A stretch of 64,000 nucleotides of DNA from an uncultured Actinomycetes bacterium (lineage in GTDB: Bacteria; Actinomycetota; Acidimicrobiia; IMCC26256; PALSA-555): assembly GCA_963821325.1 (NCBI GenBank), contig CAWGDC010000006.1:474060-538059 (forward strand), read 5' to 3'. Below are positions 19,201 to 30,296 of the stretch, one piece after another (the stretch's first letter is position 1; each line of letters begins with the position of its first letter). The position numbers and the translations under genes are program-made. Under the pieces are notes generated by a model. That model ran no database searches. It was not told the origin of the DNA and was given only the letters and a program-made list of their open reading frames with translations.

Positions 19201-19623
19201 TCACTGCGGCGACTTGGCGTCGTACTCGCGCAGGCGGTGGGCCAGGCCGGTCAGCAGCTTGTGCGCGAAGCCCGGCACCTCGTCGATCATGGCGGCGAAC
19301 TCGCGTTGGCCGAGGACCGCGAGGTCCATGTCGGTCTCGGCCGTCACCGTCGCGTTGCGGGGTGCCCGGTCGAGGAGGGCTAGGTCGCCGAAGAACGCGT
19401 TGGGTCCGAGCGTGGCGACCTTCTTGCCGTGGCGGGAGACGGTCGCGGTCCCGTTGATGATCACGAAGAACTCCGCCCCGGCCGCGCCCTCCCGGACCAG
19501 CACCTTCCCGGCGGGCACGTGGACCCGCTCGGTCCGCTTGCCGAGGAGCTCGAGTTCCTTGCGGGAGCAGGCCGAGAAGAGTGGAACCCCGGCCAGGTCG
19601 GGCAGGGCGCTTCGCCGCGGCAT
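19201..19623 (-). CDS. stand-alone cyclic-nucleotide-binding (CAP effector) domain protein
   Basis: ORF 19201..19623(-), 140 aa. It has GKVLVREGAAGAEFFVIINGTATV...FFGDLALLDRAPRNATV and no DNA-binding domain. Confidence 0.85.
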   Translation of the reverse strand: MPRRSALPDLAGVPLFSACSRKELELLGKRTERVHVPAGKVLVREGAAGAEFFVIINGTATVSRHGKKVATLGPNAFFGDLALLDRAPRNATVTAETDMDLAVLGQREFAAMIDEVPGFAHKLLTGLAHRLREYDAKSPQ

Positions 19624-19686
19624 GCCCGAAATCTACCCGCCAGTGTCAAACGGCGCCCGGAGAACGGGAATAGGCCCACCAGCATC

Positions 19687-19713
19687 AAAGTTGATACCGT
19701 CAGACTCAAGATT
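19687..19713. promoter_or_regulatory. HAIR-like HspR operator upstream of dnaK (AAAGTTGAT-N9-CTCAAGATT)
   Basis: Read directly, 21 nt upstream of the dnaK ATG. It shares the AAAGTTGAT half-site and the 9-9-9 geometry with the clpB upstream repeat. hspR is encoded in the same operon. Confidence 0.6.
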
Positions 19714-19733
19714 TTCGACATGGAGGGGCACGC

Positions 19734-21572
19734 ATGCCTAAGGCCGTCGGCATTGACCTCGGCACCACGAACTCGGTCGTCTCGATCCTCGAGGCGGGCG
19801 AGCCGACCGTCATCCCCAACGCCGAGGGGTCCCGCACGACCCCGTCGGTCGTGGCGTTCTCCAAGACCGGCGAGGTGCTCGTCGGCGAGGTGGCGAAGCG
19901 TCAGGCGATCACGAACCCCGACCGCACCATCCGCTCGGTGAAGCGCCAGATGGGCACGTCGTGGACCATCGACATCGACGGCAAGAAGTACACGCCGCAG
20001 GAGATCTCGGCGCGCATCCTCCAAAAGCTCAAGCGCGACGCCGAGGCGTACCTCGGCGACACGGTCAACCAGGCCGTCATCACGACGCCCGCCTACTTCG
20101 ACGACGCCCAACGGCAGGCGACGAAGGAGGCCGGTGAGGTCGCCGGATTGGAAGTCTTGCGCATCATCAACGAGCCGACCGCCGCGGCGCTGGCGTACGG
20201 CCTCGACAAGGAGCACGACCTCACCATCCTCGTGTTCGACCTCGGTGGCGGCACGTTCGACGTGTCCGTCCTCGAGCTCGGTGAGGGCGTCTTCGAGGTC
20301 AAGGCCACCGCGGGCAACACCCACCTCGGCGGCGACGACTGGGACCAGCGGGTCATCGACTGGATGGTCACCGAGTTCAAGGGTGCCCACGGCGTCGACC
20401 TCGCCGCGGACAAGATGGCCACGCAACGACTGAAGGAAGCGGCCGAGAAGGCCAAGATCGAGCTGTCCTCCCTCCAGGAGACCTCGATCAACCTGCCGTT
20501 CATCACGGCGACCCAAGACGGTCCCCTCCACCTTGAGCTCAGCCTCTCGCGAGCCAAGTTCCAGGAGCTGACCGCCGACCTGCTGGAGTCCTGCAAGGGC
20601 CCCTTCGAGCAGGCCATCCGCGACGCCGGCCTGAACGGCGGCGTCGACCGGGTCATCCTCGTCGGCGGCTCCACCCGGATGCCCGCCGTGCAGGACCTCG
20701 TGCGCGACCTGACGGGCAAGGAGGGCGACAAGGGCGTCAACCCCGACGAAGCCGTCGCGGTCGGCGCGGCGATCCAGGCCGGTGTGCTGAAGGGCGACGT
20801 GAAGGACGTCCTGTTGCTCGACGTCACGCCGCTGTCGCTCGGCATCGAGACGAAGGGCCAGATCATGACCCGTCTCATCGAGCGCAACACCACGATCCCG
20901 ACGAAGCGCTCCGAGGTGTTCACCACCGCGGACGACAACCAGCCCAGCGTCGAGATCAAGGTGCTCCAGGGCGAGAGCGACATGGCGTACCGGAACAAGA
21001 TGCTCGGCACCTTCCAGCTGGTCGGGCTCCCGCCCGCACCGCGTGGGGTGCCCCAGATCGAGGTCACGTTCGACATCGACGCCAACGGCATCGTGCACGT
21101 CAGCGCCAAGGACCTCGGGACCGGCAAAGAGCAGGCCATGACCATCACCGGCGGCACCGCGCTCGGCAAGGACGAGATCGACCGCATGGTGAAGGAGGCC
21201 GAGAGCCACGCCGAGGAGGACCGCCGCAAGCGGGAGGAGGCCGAGACGCGCAACAACGCCGACGCGCTCGTCTTCCAGACCGAGAAGCTGCTGAAGGAGC
21301 AGGCCGACAAGGTCTCGGCCGAGGACCGCACCAAGATCGAAGCGGCGCTCGGCGACCTGAAGGCGGCGCTTGCCGGCGCCGACATCGACGCGGTCCGCCA
21401 GAAGCATGAGGCGCTCCTCGCCGCCAGCCAGGAGTTCGCGCAGCGCCTGTACCAGGCGGCGCAGGCCCAGCAGGCGTCAGCGCCGCCGTCGGGCGGCGGG
21501 GCGTCGCAGCCGTCGGACGACGAGGTCGCCGACGCGGAGATCGTCGACGACGGTGAAGAGCGCAGCGCCTAA
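19734..21572 (+). CDS. dnaK: molecular chaperone DnaK (Hsp70)
   Basis: ORF 19734..21572, 612 aa, with [11 protein letters not shown] and [10 protein letters not shown]. Confidence 0.98.
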   Translation: MPKAVGIDLGTTNSVVSILEAGEPTVIPNAEGSRTTPSVVAFSKTGEVLVGEVAKRQAITNPDRTIRSVKRQMGTSWTIDIDGKKYTPQEISARILQKLKRDAEAYLGDTVNQAVITTPAYFDDAQRQATKEAGEVAGLEVLRIINEPTAAALAYGLDKEHDLTILVFDLGGGTFDVSVLELGEGVFEVKATAGNTHLGGDDWDQRVIDWMVTEFKGAHGVDLAADKMATQRLKEAAEKAKIELSSLQETSINLPFITATQDGPLHLELSLSRAKFQELTADLLESCKGPFEQAIRDAGLNGGVDRVILVGGSTRMPAVQDLVRDLTGKEGDKGVNPDEAVAVGAAIQAGVLKGDVKDVLLLDVTPLSLGIETKGQIMTRLIERNTTIPTKRSEVFTTADDNQPSVEIKVLQGESDMAYRNKMLGTFQLVGLPPAPRGVPQIEVTFDIDANGIVHVSAKDLGTGKEQAMTITGGTALGKDEIDRMVKEAESHAEEDRRKREEAETRNNADALVFQTEKLLKEQADKVSAEDRTKIEAALGDLKAALAGADIDAVRQKHEALLAASQEFAQRLYQAAQAQQASAPPSGGGASQPSDDEVADAEIVDDGEERSA

Positions 21573-22108
21573 TGCCCGAGTCCGAATCGGTTCACGCAGA
21601 CGAGGACGACGTGCTCGACGCACCCGCCGACTCGGGTGAGGCCGAGGCCGAGCTCGAAGCGGACTTCGTCGCGCTCAGCAAGGAGCGCGACGAGCTGCGG
21701 GGGCTCGCGCAGCGCGTCCAGGCGGACTTCGAGAACTACCGGAAGCGGATGCTCCGCGAGCAGATCGACGCCATCGCGCGTGCCAGCGAGACGCTCGTGG
21801 AGCAGCTGCTCCCGGTGCTCGACAGCGCGTCGTTGGCGCTCGCCCAGCTCGACGACGCCGACGACCGGGTGCGCAAGGGGATCGAGCTGGTCTTCGCCGG
21901 GCTCACCGACGTGCTCGAGAAGGCGGGCCTAGAGCGCATCGACGACACCGACGTGCCCTTCGACCCCAACGTGCACGAAGCGGTCATGCAAGAGGGCGGC
22001 CCCGGCGGCGAGCCGGTCGTCGCCGAGCTGGTCCGCCCCGGCTACCGGCTGAAGGGCAAGGTGCTGCGCCCGGCGATGGTCAAGGTCGGCCACCACACGA
22101 CGGACTGA
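21572..22108 (+). CDS. grpE: nucleotide exchange factor GrpE
   Basis: ORF 21572..22108. It has ADFENYRKR and FDPNVHEAV, and the start overlaps the dnaK stop. Confidence 0.95.
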   Translation: MPESESVHADEDDVLDAPADSGEAEAELEADFVALSKERDELRGLAQRVQADFENYRKRMLREQIDAIARASETLVEQLLPVLDSASLALAQLDDADDRVRKGIELVFAGLTDVLEKAGLERIDDTDVPFDPNVHEAVMQEGGPGGEPVVAELVRPGYRLKGKVLRPAMVKVGHHTTD

Positions 22109-22115
22109 CGCCCCG

Positions 22116-23270
22116 ATGGCACCCCAGCGCGATTGGTTCGAGAAGGACTACTACGGCGTGCTCGGCGTCGAGCCCGGCGCCAGCGACCGTGAGGTCCAAC
22201 GCGCCTACCGGCGTCTCGCCAAGGCGAATCACCCGGACGCGAACGCGGGCGACGCCGCGGCCGAGGAGCGGTTCAAGGAGATCTCCGCCGCGCACGAGGT
22301 CCTCGGCGACCCCGAGAAGCGCAAGGAGTACGACCAGGTGCGTGAGATGGTCGCCTCGGGTGTCGGCCCCGGCGGATTCGGCCCGGGCGCGGGTGGCGGC
22401 TTCGGGCCCGGGTTCGGCGGTGCCACGTTCCACTTCGACGATGGGGGTGGGCTCGGCGACCTGCTCGGGAACCTGTTCGGCGCGCGGCAAGGGGCCCGCC
22501 GGCGCGGCCGCGCCCCGACGGGTCCGGTGCGCGGTGCCGACCTCGACGCGGAGCTGCATCTCGACTTCGTCGACGCGGTCCACGGGGTCACGACCTCGGT
22601 CGGGGTCACCTCCGACGCGACGTGCTCGGTCTGTGGTGGCAGCGGCGCGGAGCCCGGCACGTTCCCGCAGCCGTGTCCGACGTGCGGCGGCACCGGCGCG
22701 GTCGCGGTCGACCAGGGCCCGTTCTCGTTCTCCGAGGTGTGCCCGACGTGCGGCGGTCGTGGCGAGACCATCGAGCATCGCTGCAAGAAGTGCCGCGGCA
22801 CCGGCGTCGAGCGCCGCCGCCGCGAGGTCAAGGTGCGGATCCCCGCCGGGGTCCGCGACGGGCAGCGCATCCGGGTGAAGGGTCGGGGCGCCGCTGGGCG
22901 CACTGGCGGGCCGCCCGGTGACCTCTTCGTGACCGTGCACGTCGGTCAGCACTCGCTCTTCGGCCGGCAGGGCAAGACGAACCTGACCGTCACCGTCCCC
23001 GTCACGTTCCCGGAGGCGGCGCTCGGCAGCCAGGTCAAGGTCCCGACGTTGGACGGACCCGTGACCGTCAAGGTCCCTGCCGGGACCCAGTCGGGCAAGA
23101 CGGTGCGCGTCCGCGGCCGTGGCATCCAGCCGGCCACGGGCAACCCGGGCGACCTGCTCGTCACCTTCGACGTCGTCGTGCCCACGGCGTTGACCGACGA
23201 GCAGCGCGCCGCGGTCAGTGCGCTGGCCGAGCAGCTGCCGGAGAACCCCCGCGACCGGCTCGGCGTGTAG
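22116..23270 (+). CDS. dnaJ: molecular chaperone DnaJ
   Basis: ORF 22116..23270. It has the J domain (DYYGVLGV...HPD), a G/F region and four CxxCxGxG zinc motifs. Confidence 0.95.
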   Translation: MAPQRDWFEKDYYGVLGVEPGASDREVQRAYRRLAKANHPDANAGDAAAEERFKEISAAHEVLGDPEKRKEYDQVREMVASGVGPGGFGPGAGGGFGPGFGGATFHFDDGGGLGDLLGNLFGARQGARRRGRAPTGPVRGADLDAELHLDFVDAVHGVTTSVGVTSDATCSVCGGSGAEPGTFPQPCPTCGGTGAVAVDQGPFSFSEVCPTCGGRGETIEHRCKKCRGTGVERRRREVKVRIPAGVRDGQRIRVKGRGAAGRTGGPPGDLFVTVHVGQHSLFGRQGKTNLTVTVPVTFPEAALGSQVKVPTLDGPVTVKVPAGTQSGKTVRVRGRGIQPATGNPGDLLVTFDVVVPTALTDEQRAAVSALAEQLPENPRDRLGV

Positions 23271-23293
23271 TGGGGTAGGGGGAGGGAGGACCG

Positions 23294-23680
23294 ATGGACG
23301 AGCGGGACCGAGCCCTGTACATCATTTCGGTCGCGGCCGAGCTGGCCGGCGTCCACGCCCAGACGCTGCGGATCTACGAGCGCAAAGGGCTGATCGAGCC
23401 TCGCCGCACCCAGGGCGGGAGCCGCCGCTACTCCGACCGCGACATCAGCCTGCTTCGGCGCATCCAAGAGCTCACCAACGACGGCGTCAGCCTCGCCGGC
23501 GTGCGCCGGATCCTGTCCCTCGAAGCCGACCTCGAGGACGCGCGGGACCGGATCGCCGAGCTCGAGGCCGCGATCGAGCAGCTGCGCGCCGAGGCGCGCG
23601 AGCAGATCGACGCCGTCCACCGGCAGTACCGACGGTCACTGGTGCCGCTCAGCACCGCCGTCGTCCCGGCCCGCCGGTAG
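23294..23680 (+). CDS. hspR: heat-shock repressor HspR (MerR family)
   Basis: ORF 23294..23680. It has YIISVAAELAGVHAQTLRIYERKGLIEPRRTQGGSRRYS and is the last gene of the dnaK operon, as in actinobacteria. Confidence 0.9.
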   Translation: MDERDRALYIISVAAELAGVHAQTLRIYERKGLIEPRRTQGGSRRYSDRDISLLRRIQELTNDGVSLAGVRRILSLEADLEDARDRIAELEAAIEQLRAEAREQIDAVHRQYRRSLVPLSTAVVPARR

Positions 23681-23681
23681 G

Positions 23682-24545
23682 TCAGGACACGATCGACGCC
23701 ACGAAGGCGCGCACGTCCGTGCTGCTCGGCGCGGCACGCGCGTCCGGCACCACGACCGTGACCGTGAGGGGCCGATCGTCGGCGGTGCGTCCGACGATCT
23801 GCTCGACCGAGATGGCCGTCGGCGGGTCCGTGAACTGCAGCAGCCACGCCGGTCCGGCCGCGAGCGTCGTGGCCGCCGAGCTGGTCAGCTCGACCCCCGG
23901 GTAGGCCACCGCCACGTCCGCGGTCGCGGTGCGGGCCAGCTCCGCGACGGGGGGCAGTGGCGCGGAGACCGTCCCGACCGTGACCGACACGGTCGAGCGC
24001 ACCACGCCGTGCGCCGACGCGCCGACGACGAGCTCGACCCCCGTGCCCGGGGTGGCGTGCTCGACCCGCCACGAGGACGGGTAGGTCAACGCGAACCTGC
24101 CCCGGGTGTCGTGGTACGAGCCGACCGCGGCGAGCGACGGGCGCAGCGGGTGCGGCGCGAGCAGCGCGGCGCTGGCGGCCCCCGCGAGGAGAAGGGGAAG
24201 CGCCGCGGCGAGGAGCACCGCGTGACGTCGGCGCCGGCGGGACGGCGCGGCCTCGACCACCGGGACCGTGACGGTGCGGGCGGCGTCGACCGGCTTGATC
24301 TCGAGGCGCGGCGCCTCGGCCACCCGTAGGGTGGCGGTGCCCCAGCGGATCGGGAAGGGGAGGTCCGCCAGCTCCGGACGCCACGCGAGGAACGGCGCAC
24401 TCAGGGACGGCCCGACGACCCACGCCGTCCAGTGCGCGCCGCCCCACCAGCGCAGCCGGTGGGCGGCGGACAGCGGGTCAGGATGCCACGAGGCCCCTGG
24501 GGTTGTTGTGGCGTCGTGTGGGAAGACGGCGTGATCGTCCCACAT
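23682..24545 (-). CDS. DUF2510-like N-terminal domain membrane-anchored protein
   Basis: ORF 23682..24545(-). It has WHPDP...LRWWGGAHWT near the N-terminus, one TM helix (AVLLAAALPLLLAGAASAALL) and a beta-rich C-terminal domain. Confidence 0.6.
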   Translation of the reverse strand: MWDDHAVFPHDATTTPGASWHPDPLSAAHRLRWWGGAHWTAWVVGPSLSAPFLAWRPELADLPFPIRWGTATLRVAEAPRLEIKPVDAARTVTVPVVEAAPSRRRRRHAVLLAAALPLLLAGAASAALLAPHPLRPSLAAVGSYHDTRGRFALTYPSSWRVEHATPGTGVELVVGASAHGVVRSTVSVTVGTVSAPLPPVAELARTATADVAVAYPGVELTSSAATTLAAGPAWLLQFTDPPTAISVEQIVGRTADDRPLTVTVVVPDARAAPSSTDVRAFVASIVS

Positions 24546-24587
24546 CCCTCGAGGAACGACAACGTGGCCGGTCGCCCCAGGGAATAC

Positions 24588-24614
24588 AAACTTGATGCAG
24601 GCGTTATCAACTTT
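24588..24614. promoter_or_regulatory. HAIR-like HspR operator upstream of clpB (AAACTTGAT-N9-ATCAACTTT)
   Basis: Read directly: an 8/9 inverted repeat with a 9-nt spacer, 24 nt upstream of the clpB ATG. Confidence 0.6.
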
Positions 24615-24637
24615 GAAAGATGGGGAGGTAGCCCAGG

Positions 24638-27211
24638 ATGCCCTTGGACCCGAAGAAGTTCACCCGCAAGACCGGTGAGGCGCTGCAGAGCGCGCAGTCG
24701 CTCGCTCAGGCGCGCAACCACTCGCAGGTCGAGCCCGAGCACCTCCTCGCGGCCCTCCTCGGCCAACCCGAGGGCGTGGTGCTGCCCGTGCTCGAGCGCG
24801 TCGGGGTCGCTCCCAAGACACTGATCACCCAGGTCGACGAGGCGCTGGCTCGCCGACCGCAGGTCTACGGCGGTGCCCAGCAGGCCCAGCTGGCTCCCGA
24901 CGCCTTCCGGGTCCTCGAGGCCGCGGACACGGCCCGCCAGGACCTCGGTGACGACTACCTCTCCACCGAGCACATCCTGCTCGCCATGAGCGAGGTCGTC
25001 GGCGGTGTCGGCGACCTGCTGCGCTCGGACGGCGTCACGAAGGACGCCGTCCTCGACGCGCTGAAGGCCGTGCGCGGCTCCCACCGGGTCACCAGCGAGA
25101 ACCCCGAGGACCAGTACCAGGCGCTCGAGCGGTACGGGCGCGACCTGACCGAGGAGGCCCGCCGCGGCCGTCTCGACCCCGTCATCGGCCGCGACGAGGA
25201 GATCCGCCGCGTGATCCAGGTGCTGTCACGGCGCACGAAGAACAACCCGGTGCTGATCGGCGAACCGGGGGTCGGCAAGACCGCGATCGCCGAAGGCCTC
25301 GCCCGACGGATCGTCGAGGGCGACGTCCCGGAGAGCCTCCGCGACAAGCGCCTCATCGCGCTCGACATCGGCGCGATGGTCGCCGGCGCCAAGTACCGCG
25401 GCGAGTTCGAGGACCGCCTGAAGGCCGTCCTCAAGGAGATCACCGACAGCAACGGCGAGGTCGTCACGTTCGTCGACGAGCTGCACACCATCGTCGGCGC
25501 GGGTGGTGCCGAGGGGGCGGTCGACGCCAGCAACATGATCAAGCCGATGCTGGCGCGCGGCGAACTGCGCATGATCGGCGCCACCACCCTCGACGAGTAC
25601 CGCAAGTACATCGAGAAGGACGCCGCGCTCGAGCGGCGGTTCCAGCAGGTCTTCGTCGGCGAGCCCTCGGTCGAGGACACCATCGCCATCCTGCGCGGCC
25701 TGAAGGAGCGCTACGAGGTCCACCACGGCGTCCGGATCCAAGACGCCGCGCTCGTCGCCGCCGCCGTCCTCTCCTCCCGTTACATCACCGGCCGCCAGCT
25801 CCCCGACAAGGCGATCGACCTGGTCGACGAGGCGGCGTCCCGGCTGCGGATCGAGATCGACTCGATGCCCTTCGAGATCGACGTGGTCGAGCGTCGCATC
25901 CGGCAGCTCGAGATCGAGAAGGCCGCGCTGGCCAAGGAGACCGACGACTCGTCCCGCACTCGCCTGGACGCGATCGACGCCGAGCTCGCCGAGCTCGCCG
26001 AGGAACGTGACGCGATGGTCGCCCACTGGCAGAACGAGAAGGACGCCATCGGCGAGATCCGCGAGCTGAAGGAGCGGCTCGAGGCCGCCCGCACCGACGC
26101 CGAGAAGGCCGAGCGGGAAGGCAACCTCGAGCAGGCCGCGTCGCTGCGCTACGGCACCATGCGCGACCTCGACCACGAGATCGCCGCGAAGACCGAGCGG
26201 CTCAACGAGCTGCAGCGCGACGAGCAGATGCTGAAGGAAGAGGTCGACGAGGAGGACGTCGCCGAGATCGTCTCGAAGTGGACGGGCATCCCCGTCAGCC
26301 GGCTCATGGAAGGTGAGATGGCGAAGCTGGTGCGCCTCGAGGAGGTGCTCCACGACCGCGTCGTCGGCCAGGACGAAGCGGTCGCCGCGGTCGCGAACGC
26401 CATCCGCCGGTCCCGTGCCGGCCTCTCGGACCCCAACCGCCCGATCGGGTCGTTCCTGTTCCTCGGGCCGACCGGCGTCGGCAAGACCGAGCTCGCCCGC
26501 ACGCTGGCCGATTTCCTCTTCGACGACGAGCGGGCCATGGTCCGCATCGACATGTCCGAGTACCAGGAGAAGCACAGCGTGTCGCGCCTGGTCGGCGCAC
26601 CCCCCGGGTACGTCGGCTACGACGAGGGCGGGCAGCTCACCGAGGCGATCCGGCGTCGCCCGTACGCCGTCGTCCTGCTCGACGAGATCGAGAAGGCCCA
26701 CCCGGACGTCTTCAACGTGCTGCTGCAGCTGCTCGACGACGGCCGCCTCACCGACGGCCAGGGCCGCACCGTCGACTTCACGAACGTGGCGCTCATCATG
26801 ACGAGCAACCTCGGCGGCGGCGCCGACGAGGCGGTCGTGATGCAGGCCGTCCGGAGCCACTTCAAGCCGGAGTTCCTCAACCGGATCGACGAGATCGTCA
26901 TGTTCCATCGTCTCGACGAGCGCCACATCGAGCAGATCGTCGGCCTCCAGGTCGAGCGGCTCCAGGAGCGCCTGGCCGAGCGGGACCTCGGCCTCGAGCT
27001 CACCCCCGAGGCGCTGGCCCGCATCGCCCAGCTCGGCTACGACCCTGACTTCGGTGCCCGACCGCTGAAGCGGGTCCTCCAACGGGAGGTGGCCGACCCG
27101 ATCGCGCTCTCACTGCTGCGGGGCGACTACCACGAGGGTGACGTCGTCGTCGTCGACGCCACCAGCGACGGGCAGCTGGTCTTCAGCCGACGAGCCCCCG
27201 TCTCCGCCTGA
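24638..27211 (+). CDS. clpB: ATP-dependent chaperone ClpB
   Basis: ORF 24638..27211, 857 aa. It has two AAA+ modules ([18 protein letters not shown]) and a coiled-coil middle domain. Confidence 0.98.
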   Translation: MPLDPKKFTRKTGEALQSAQSLAQARNHSQVEPEHLLAALLGQPEGVVLPVLERVGVAPKTLITQVDEALARRPQVYGGAQQAQLAPDAFRVLEAADTARQDLGDDYLSTEHILLAMSEVVGGVGDLLRSDGVTKDAVLDALKAVRGSHRVTSENPEDQYQALERYGRDLTEEARRGRLDPVIGRDEEIRRVIQVLSRRTKNNPVLIGEPGVGKTAIAEGLARRIVEGDVPESLRDKRLIALDIGAMVAGAKYRGEFEDRLKAVLKEITDSNGEVVTFVDELHTIVGAGGAEGAVDASNMIKPMLARGELRMIGATTLDEYRKYIEKDAALERRFQQVFVGEPSVEDTIAILRGLKERYEVHHGVRIQDAALVAAAVLSSRYITGRQLPDKAIDLVDEAASRLRIEIDSMPFEIDVVERRIRQLEIEKAALAKETDDSSRTRLDAIDAELAELAEERDAMVAHWQNEKDAIGEIRELKERLEAARTDAEKAEREGNLEQAASLRYGTMRDLDHEIAAKTERLNELQRDEQMLKEEVDEEDVAEIVSKWTGIPVSRLMEGEMAKLVRLEEVLHDRVVGQDEAVAAVANAIRRSRAGLSDPNRPIGSFLFLGPTGVGKTELARTLADFLFDDERAMVRIDMSEYQEKHSVSRLVGAPPGYVGYDEGGQLTEAIRRRPYAVVLLDEIEKAHPDVFNVLLQLLDDGRLTDGQGRTVDFTNVALIMTSNLGGGADEAVVMQAVRSHFKPEFLNRIDEIVMFHRLDERHIEQIVGLQVERLQERLAERDLGLELTPEALARIAQLGYDPDFGARPLKRVLQREVADPIALSLLRGDYHEGDVVVVDATSDGQLVFSRRAPVSA

Positions 27212-27383
27212 GGTCGTCGCCGGCCAGCGGGTCGGCGCCCCACCGAGGGTCGTCACACGGTGACGCATCGGCGGGCGCCGGGCTCGCCGATTTCGGCGTC
27301 GGCGACCCGCACGCGGTCGACTACCATGCCCGCAACGTGGCTGCTAACGCGCAGACGTGTGCCGATCGCCGCCGGAGGCCGAC

Positions 27384-28676
27384 GTGCCCGGCACGGTGAT
27401 CGTCGGCACCCAATGGGGTGACGAGGGCAAGGGTCGCTTCACCGACTACCTCGCCAAAGAGAGCACGCTCGTCGTCCGCTACCAGGGCGGCCACAACGCG
27501 GGCCACACCCTCGTCGTCGACGGCGAGGTGTTCGCCCTCCAGCTCGTCCCGAGCGGAGTCCTCTACGACCACGTCACCCCGGTGATCGGCAACGGCGTCG
27601 TCGTCGACCCGGGCGTGCTCGTCGACGAGCTCGACATGCTCGAGCACAAGGGCGTCGACACCAGCCGGGTCCGCCTGTCCGGCAACGCCCACCTGATCAT
27701 GCCGTACCACCAGGAGCTCGACCGGGTGAACGAGCGGTTCCTCGGCAAGAACCGGCTCGGGACCACCAAACGGGGGATCGGCCCGGCGTACGCCGACAAG
27801 GCGCTGCGCGTCGGACTGCGGGTCCAGGACCTCCTCGACCCGAAGATCTTCCGGGAGAAGCTCGACCTGGCACTGCGCGAGAAGAACGGCGTGCTGACGA
27901 AGGTGTACAACCGGCTGCCGCTCGACGCCGACGAGATCTGCCACCGCTACCTCGGTCTCGTGCCGCGCCTCGAGCCCCACATCGCCGACACCGTGCACCT
28001 GGTGCACGCCGCGCTCGAGGTCGGCCAGAGCGTCCTCTTCGAGGGGGCCCAGGCCACCTACCTCGACCTCGACCACGGCACCTACCCGTTCGTCACGTCG
28101 TCGAACCCGGTGGCGGGCGGCGCGTGCACCGGCGCCGGCGTCGGCCCTCGGGACATCTCCCGCGTCGTCGGCGTCGCGAAGGCCTATGTGACCCGGGTCG
28201 GCAGCGGCCCGTTCCCGACCGAGTTGCTCGACGACGACCCCGTGGGCAACCGCCTGGTCGAGCGCGGCGCCGAGTTCGGGACCAACACCGGCCGCCGCCG
28301 CCGCCCCGGCTGGCTCGACACGGTGATGCTGCGCCACGCCGTGGCGCTCAACAGCTGCACCGAGCTCGCGGTCACGAAGCTCGACGTGCTGTCCGGCTTC
28401 GACGAGCTGAAGGTCTGCGTCGCCTACGAAGGTGACGACGGGCAGCGCTACGACCATGTCCCGTACCACCAGTCCGTGCTGCACAAGGTGCGGCCCATCT
28501 ACCAGACGCTGCCCGGCTGGCGGGCCGACATCGACGAGGTGCACCGCATCGGCGACCTCCCACCGGAGGCGCGGCGGTTCCTGCAGGTCATCGAGACCGC
28601 AGCGGGCGTGCCGGTGACGTTCGTCTCGGTCGGCCCGGGCCGCGAGCAGACCGTCGTCTTGCCTCGCGCCGCGTGA
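27384..28676 (+). CDS. purA: adenylosuccinate synthase
   Basis: GTG at 27384, 5 nt after GGAGG (27374-27378), inside ORF 27357..28676. It has [14 protein letters not shown] and [11 protein letters not shown]. Confidence 0.95.
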   Translation: MPGTVIVGTQWGDEGKGRFTDYLAKESTLVVRYQGGHNAGHTLVVDGEVFALQLVPSGVLYDHVTPVIGNGVVVDPGVLVDELDMLEHKGVDTSRVRLSGNAHLIMPYHQELDRVNERFLGKNRLGTTKRGIGPAYADKALRVGLRVQDLLDPKIFREKLDLALREKNGVLTKVYNRLPLDADEICHRYLGLVPRLEPHIADTVHLVHAALEVGQSVLFEGAQATYLDLDHGTYPFVTSSNPVAGGACTGAGVGPRDISRVVGVAKAYVTRVGSGPFPTELLDDDPVGNRLVERGAEFGTNTGRRRRPGWLDTVMLRHAVALNSCTELAVTKLDVLSGFDELKVCVAYEGDDGQRYDHVPYHQSVLHKVRPIYQTLPGWRADIDEVHRIGDLPPEARRFLQVIETAAGVPVTFVSVGPGREQTVVLPRAA

Positions 28677-29953
28677 CCCGGCGCGCCCTCGTCGTCGGGA
28701 GCGGGGGCCGGGAGCACGCCCTCGCCTGGGCGTTGCGGCGCAGCCCGTCGATCGACGAGGTCGTCGTCGCCCCCGGCAATCCTGGCGTCGAGACGGTCGC
28801 CGAGCGGGTCGACGTCGCCGCGAACGACCCACGCGCCGTCGCCACCCTGGCCGCCCACCTCGAGGCCGACCTCGTCGTGGTCGGCCCCGAGGAGCCGCTC
28901 GTCGCCGGCGTCGCCGACGCGGTGGCCGACGCGGGACGCCTCGTGTTCGGGCCGAGCGCGGCCGCGGCGCGCCTCGAGGGGTCGAAGGGCTGGATGAAGG
29001 AGCTGCTGGCCGGCGCCGGGGTGCCGACCGCCGAGCACGCCACCTTCCGCGCCGACCAGGAGCAGGAGGCCCTCGCCTTCCTCGGCACCCTCGACGGCCT
29101 CTACGTCGTGAAGACCGACGGCCTCGCGGCGGGCAAGGGCGTGGTCGTGACCGAATCCCGCGGCGACGCCGGCGACGCGGTGCGCCGCTACCTCAGCGGC
29201 GACGCGTTCGGCGACGCGGGACGCACGGTCGTGATCGAGGAAGGCCTCCGCGGGCCCGAGCTGTCGCTGCTCGTCGTGTGCAACGGCGACCCGGATGGCG
29301 CGGTGCCGCTCGCGCCCGCCCAGGACTTCAAGCGCATCGGGGACGGCGACACCGGCCCGAACACCGGTGGGATGGGCGCCTACTCACCCGTCCTGGTCGC
29401 CGGGCCCGAGCTCGTCGAGCAGGTCATGGCGGTCGCGGTGCGACCGACCCTGCACGCCCTCGCGGCCCGGGGCGCGCCCTATCGCGGGGTGCTCTACGCC
29501 GGGCTGATGCTCACCGCCGACGGGCCGAAGGTGATCGAGTACAACGTGCGCTTCGGCGACCCGGAGTGCCAGGTCGTCGTGCCCCGGCTCACCTCCGACC
29601 TCGGCGAGCTGTGCACCGCGGCGGCGCGCGGCGCCGCGCTGCCCCCGGTGACCTTCGACGATGACGCGTGCGTGACGGTCGTGCTCGCCAGCGGCGGCTA
29701 CCCGTCCACACCAGCGACCGGCGAGCGCATCACCGGGCTCGATGCCGTCGCCGACCAACCCGATGTCGTCGTGTTCCACGCCGCGACGGCCCGCGCCTCG
29801 GACGGGGCGCTCGTCACCGCAGGCGGGCGGGTCCTCGACGTGACGGCGTGGGGCGCCACCGTCGCGGCCGCCCGCCGACGCGCCTACGAGGCGGCCGCGG
29901 CGATCACGTGGCCCGGGATGCAGTACCGGCGAGACATCGCGGCGGCGGCGTGA
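28673..29953 (+). CDS. purD: phosphoribosylamine--glycine ligase
   Basis: ORF 28673..29953. The start overlaps the purA stop. It has the ATP-grasp motifs and GGMGAYSP. Confidence 0.95.
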   Translation: MTRRALVVGSGGREHALAWALRRSPSIDEVVVAPGNPGVETVAERVDVAANDPRAVATLAAHLEADLVVVGPEEPLVAGVADAVADAGRLVFGPSAAAARLEGSKGWMKELLAGAGVPTAEHATFRADQEQEALAFLGTLDGLYVVKTDGLAAGKGVVVTESRGDAGDAVRRYLSGDAFGDAGRTVVIEEGLRGPELSLLVVCNGDPDGAVPLAPAQDFKRIGDGDTGPNTGGMGAYSPVLVAGPELVEQVMAVAVRPTLHALAARGAPYRGVLYAGLMLTADGPKVIEYNVRFGDPECQVVVPRLTSDLGELCTAAARGAALPPVTFDDDACVTVVLASGGYPSTPATGERITGLDAVADQPDVVVFHAATARASDGALVTAGGRVLDVTAWGATVAAARRRAYEAAAAITWPGMQYRRDIAAAA

Positions 29954-29961
29954 CCCGCGCG

Positions 29962-30240
29962 CTACCAGCTGCTCGGCGCGCGGGGGTTGGAGCGACGGGC
30001 GCCACGTGTCCGAACGCCCGCGGCGATGAGCGCGCACTCGATGCACCGAGTCGGCTGACGCCTGCGGACGGGCGGGACGAGGCACTCGCCGCAGAACGGC
30101 TCGCCGCACTCGTCGCAGCGGCCGACGGCGCGCTCGTTCCAGTGCTTCGCGCAGGCCCCCAGGCCGAGGGTCGCGTGCTCCCTGCCGTTCACGGGCGCCC
30201 CTCCCGGTGGCTCAACCCTCTCCCAGCTGGCGCCGGTCAC
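29962..30240 (-). CDS. hypothetical small Cys-rich (zinc-ribbon/B-box-like) protein
   Basis: ORF 29962..30240(-), 92 aa. It has CAKHW...CDECGEPFCGECLV...CIECA. It fills the purD-purB gap. No family recognised. Confidence 0.45.
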   Translation of the reverse strand: MTGASWERVEPPGGAPVNGREHATLGLGACAKHWNERAVGRCDECGEPFCGECLVPPVRRRQPTRCIECALIAAGVRTRGARRSNPRAPSSW

Positions 30241-30296
30241 GAACGCGCTCGTGTGTCCGACCGGCCCGTACAGTGTCGACCAGGAGGAAGCCCGCC

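Noticed and set aside
19461-21407. 648-aa ORF antisense to dnaK. The same applies to 25226..27082(-) antisense to clpB, 16466..17962(+) antisense to the Fe-S reductase, 45428..47413(+), and 101..1339(+).
   Set aside because: These are shadow ORFs typical of high-GC DNA. Their translations are Arg/Gly/Pro/Asp-rich low complexity with no motifs, and they are fully overlapped by strongly supported genes on the other strand or frame.
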